Below, in pieces: positions 19,798-20,000 of a stretch of DNA of 20,000 nucleotides. Below the pieces are notes generated by a model that searched no databases, was not told the origin of the DNA, and worked only from the letters and a program-made list of their open reading frames with translations. The number at the start of each line of letters is the position of its first letter. Within the stretch, counting starts at the first letter, position 1. The position numbers were made by a program, and so were the translations under genes. The DNA comes from Chiloscyllium plagiosum (Eukaryota): NCBI RefSeq assembly GCF_004010195.1, contig NC_057718.1, forward strand, positions 99,359,256-99,379,255. Direction: 5' to 3'.

Positions 19798-20000
19798 TAA
19801 GTTTGTGGGTGAATTTGTACTTGCAGAATTACATTGTACTTTGCTCAAAAACTGCATGAATCCATGTAAGAGTTTGTAAATCCGTTTTTAGATTTGAATC
19901 ATTCTGACCATTGTGGCACAGACATTCTCACACAGGGAGTTTACACCTTCAATACCTTATCTGGGCCGTTTGTTAAAATGCACTTGAGGATGTAATTTTT

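Noticed and set aside
19544..19879. His/Thr- and Cys/Val-rich ORFs
   Set aside because: Translations of the CA microsatellite.
19798..20000. Possible internal part of the family A Penelope-like repeat
   Set aside because: Resemblance is from memory only; there is no second copy or motif in this window to support it.

Overview
Repeat-rich vertebrate non-coding DNA, most likely from an elasmobranch (shark). This is inferred from HE1-type V-SINEs paired with HER1/CR1 LINEs. I found no intact host protein-coding gene; nearly all ORF-track entries are translations of retroelement fragments. The window holds five HE1-like SINEs, three long 5'-truncated CR1 (HER1-like) LINE copies plus many short tails, L2/CR1-group 3' ends, a Rex1/Babar 3' end, a second tRNA-SINE family, a DeuSINE-like relic split by a probable solo LTR, and several Penelope-like (PLE) fragments. 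Most notable: (1) six minimal hammerhead-ribozyme motifs in PLE-type repeats, one with an intact core (17847-17882, minus) and two in ~130-bp stand-alone insertions that start right at the ribozyme; (2) an essentially perfect 200-bp inverted duplication (1560-1760 / 2015-2214) with a template-switch junction signature; (3) a PLE insertion whose 12-bp target site is present four times. A few splice-site-bounded candidates, including a 9-nt microexon, are flagged at low confidence. Family names come from recalled consensus motifs, not database searches.
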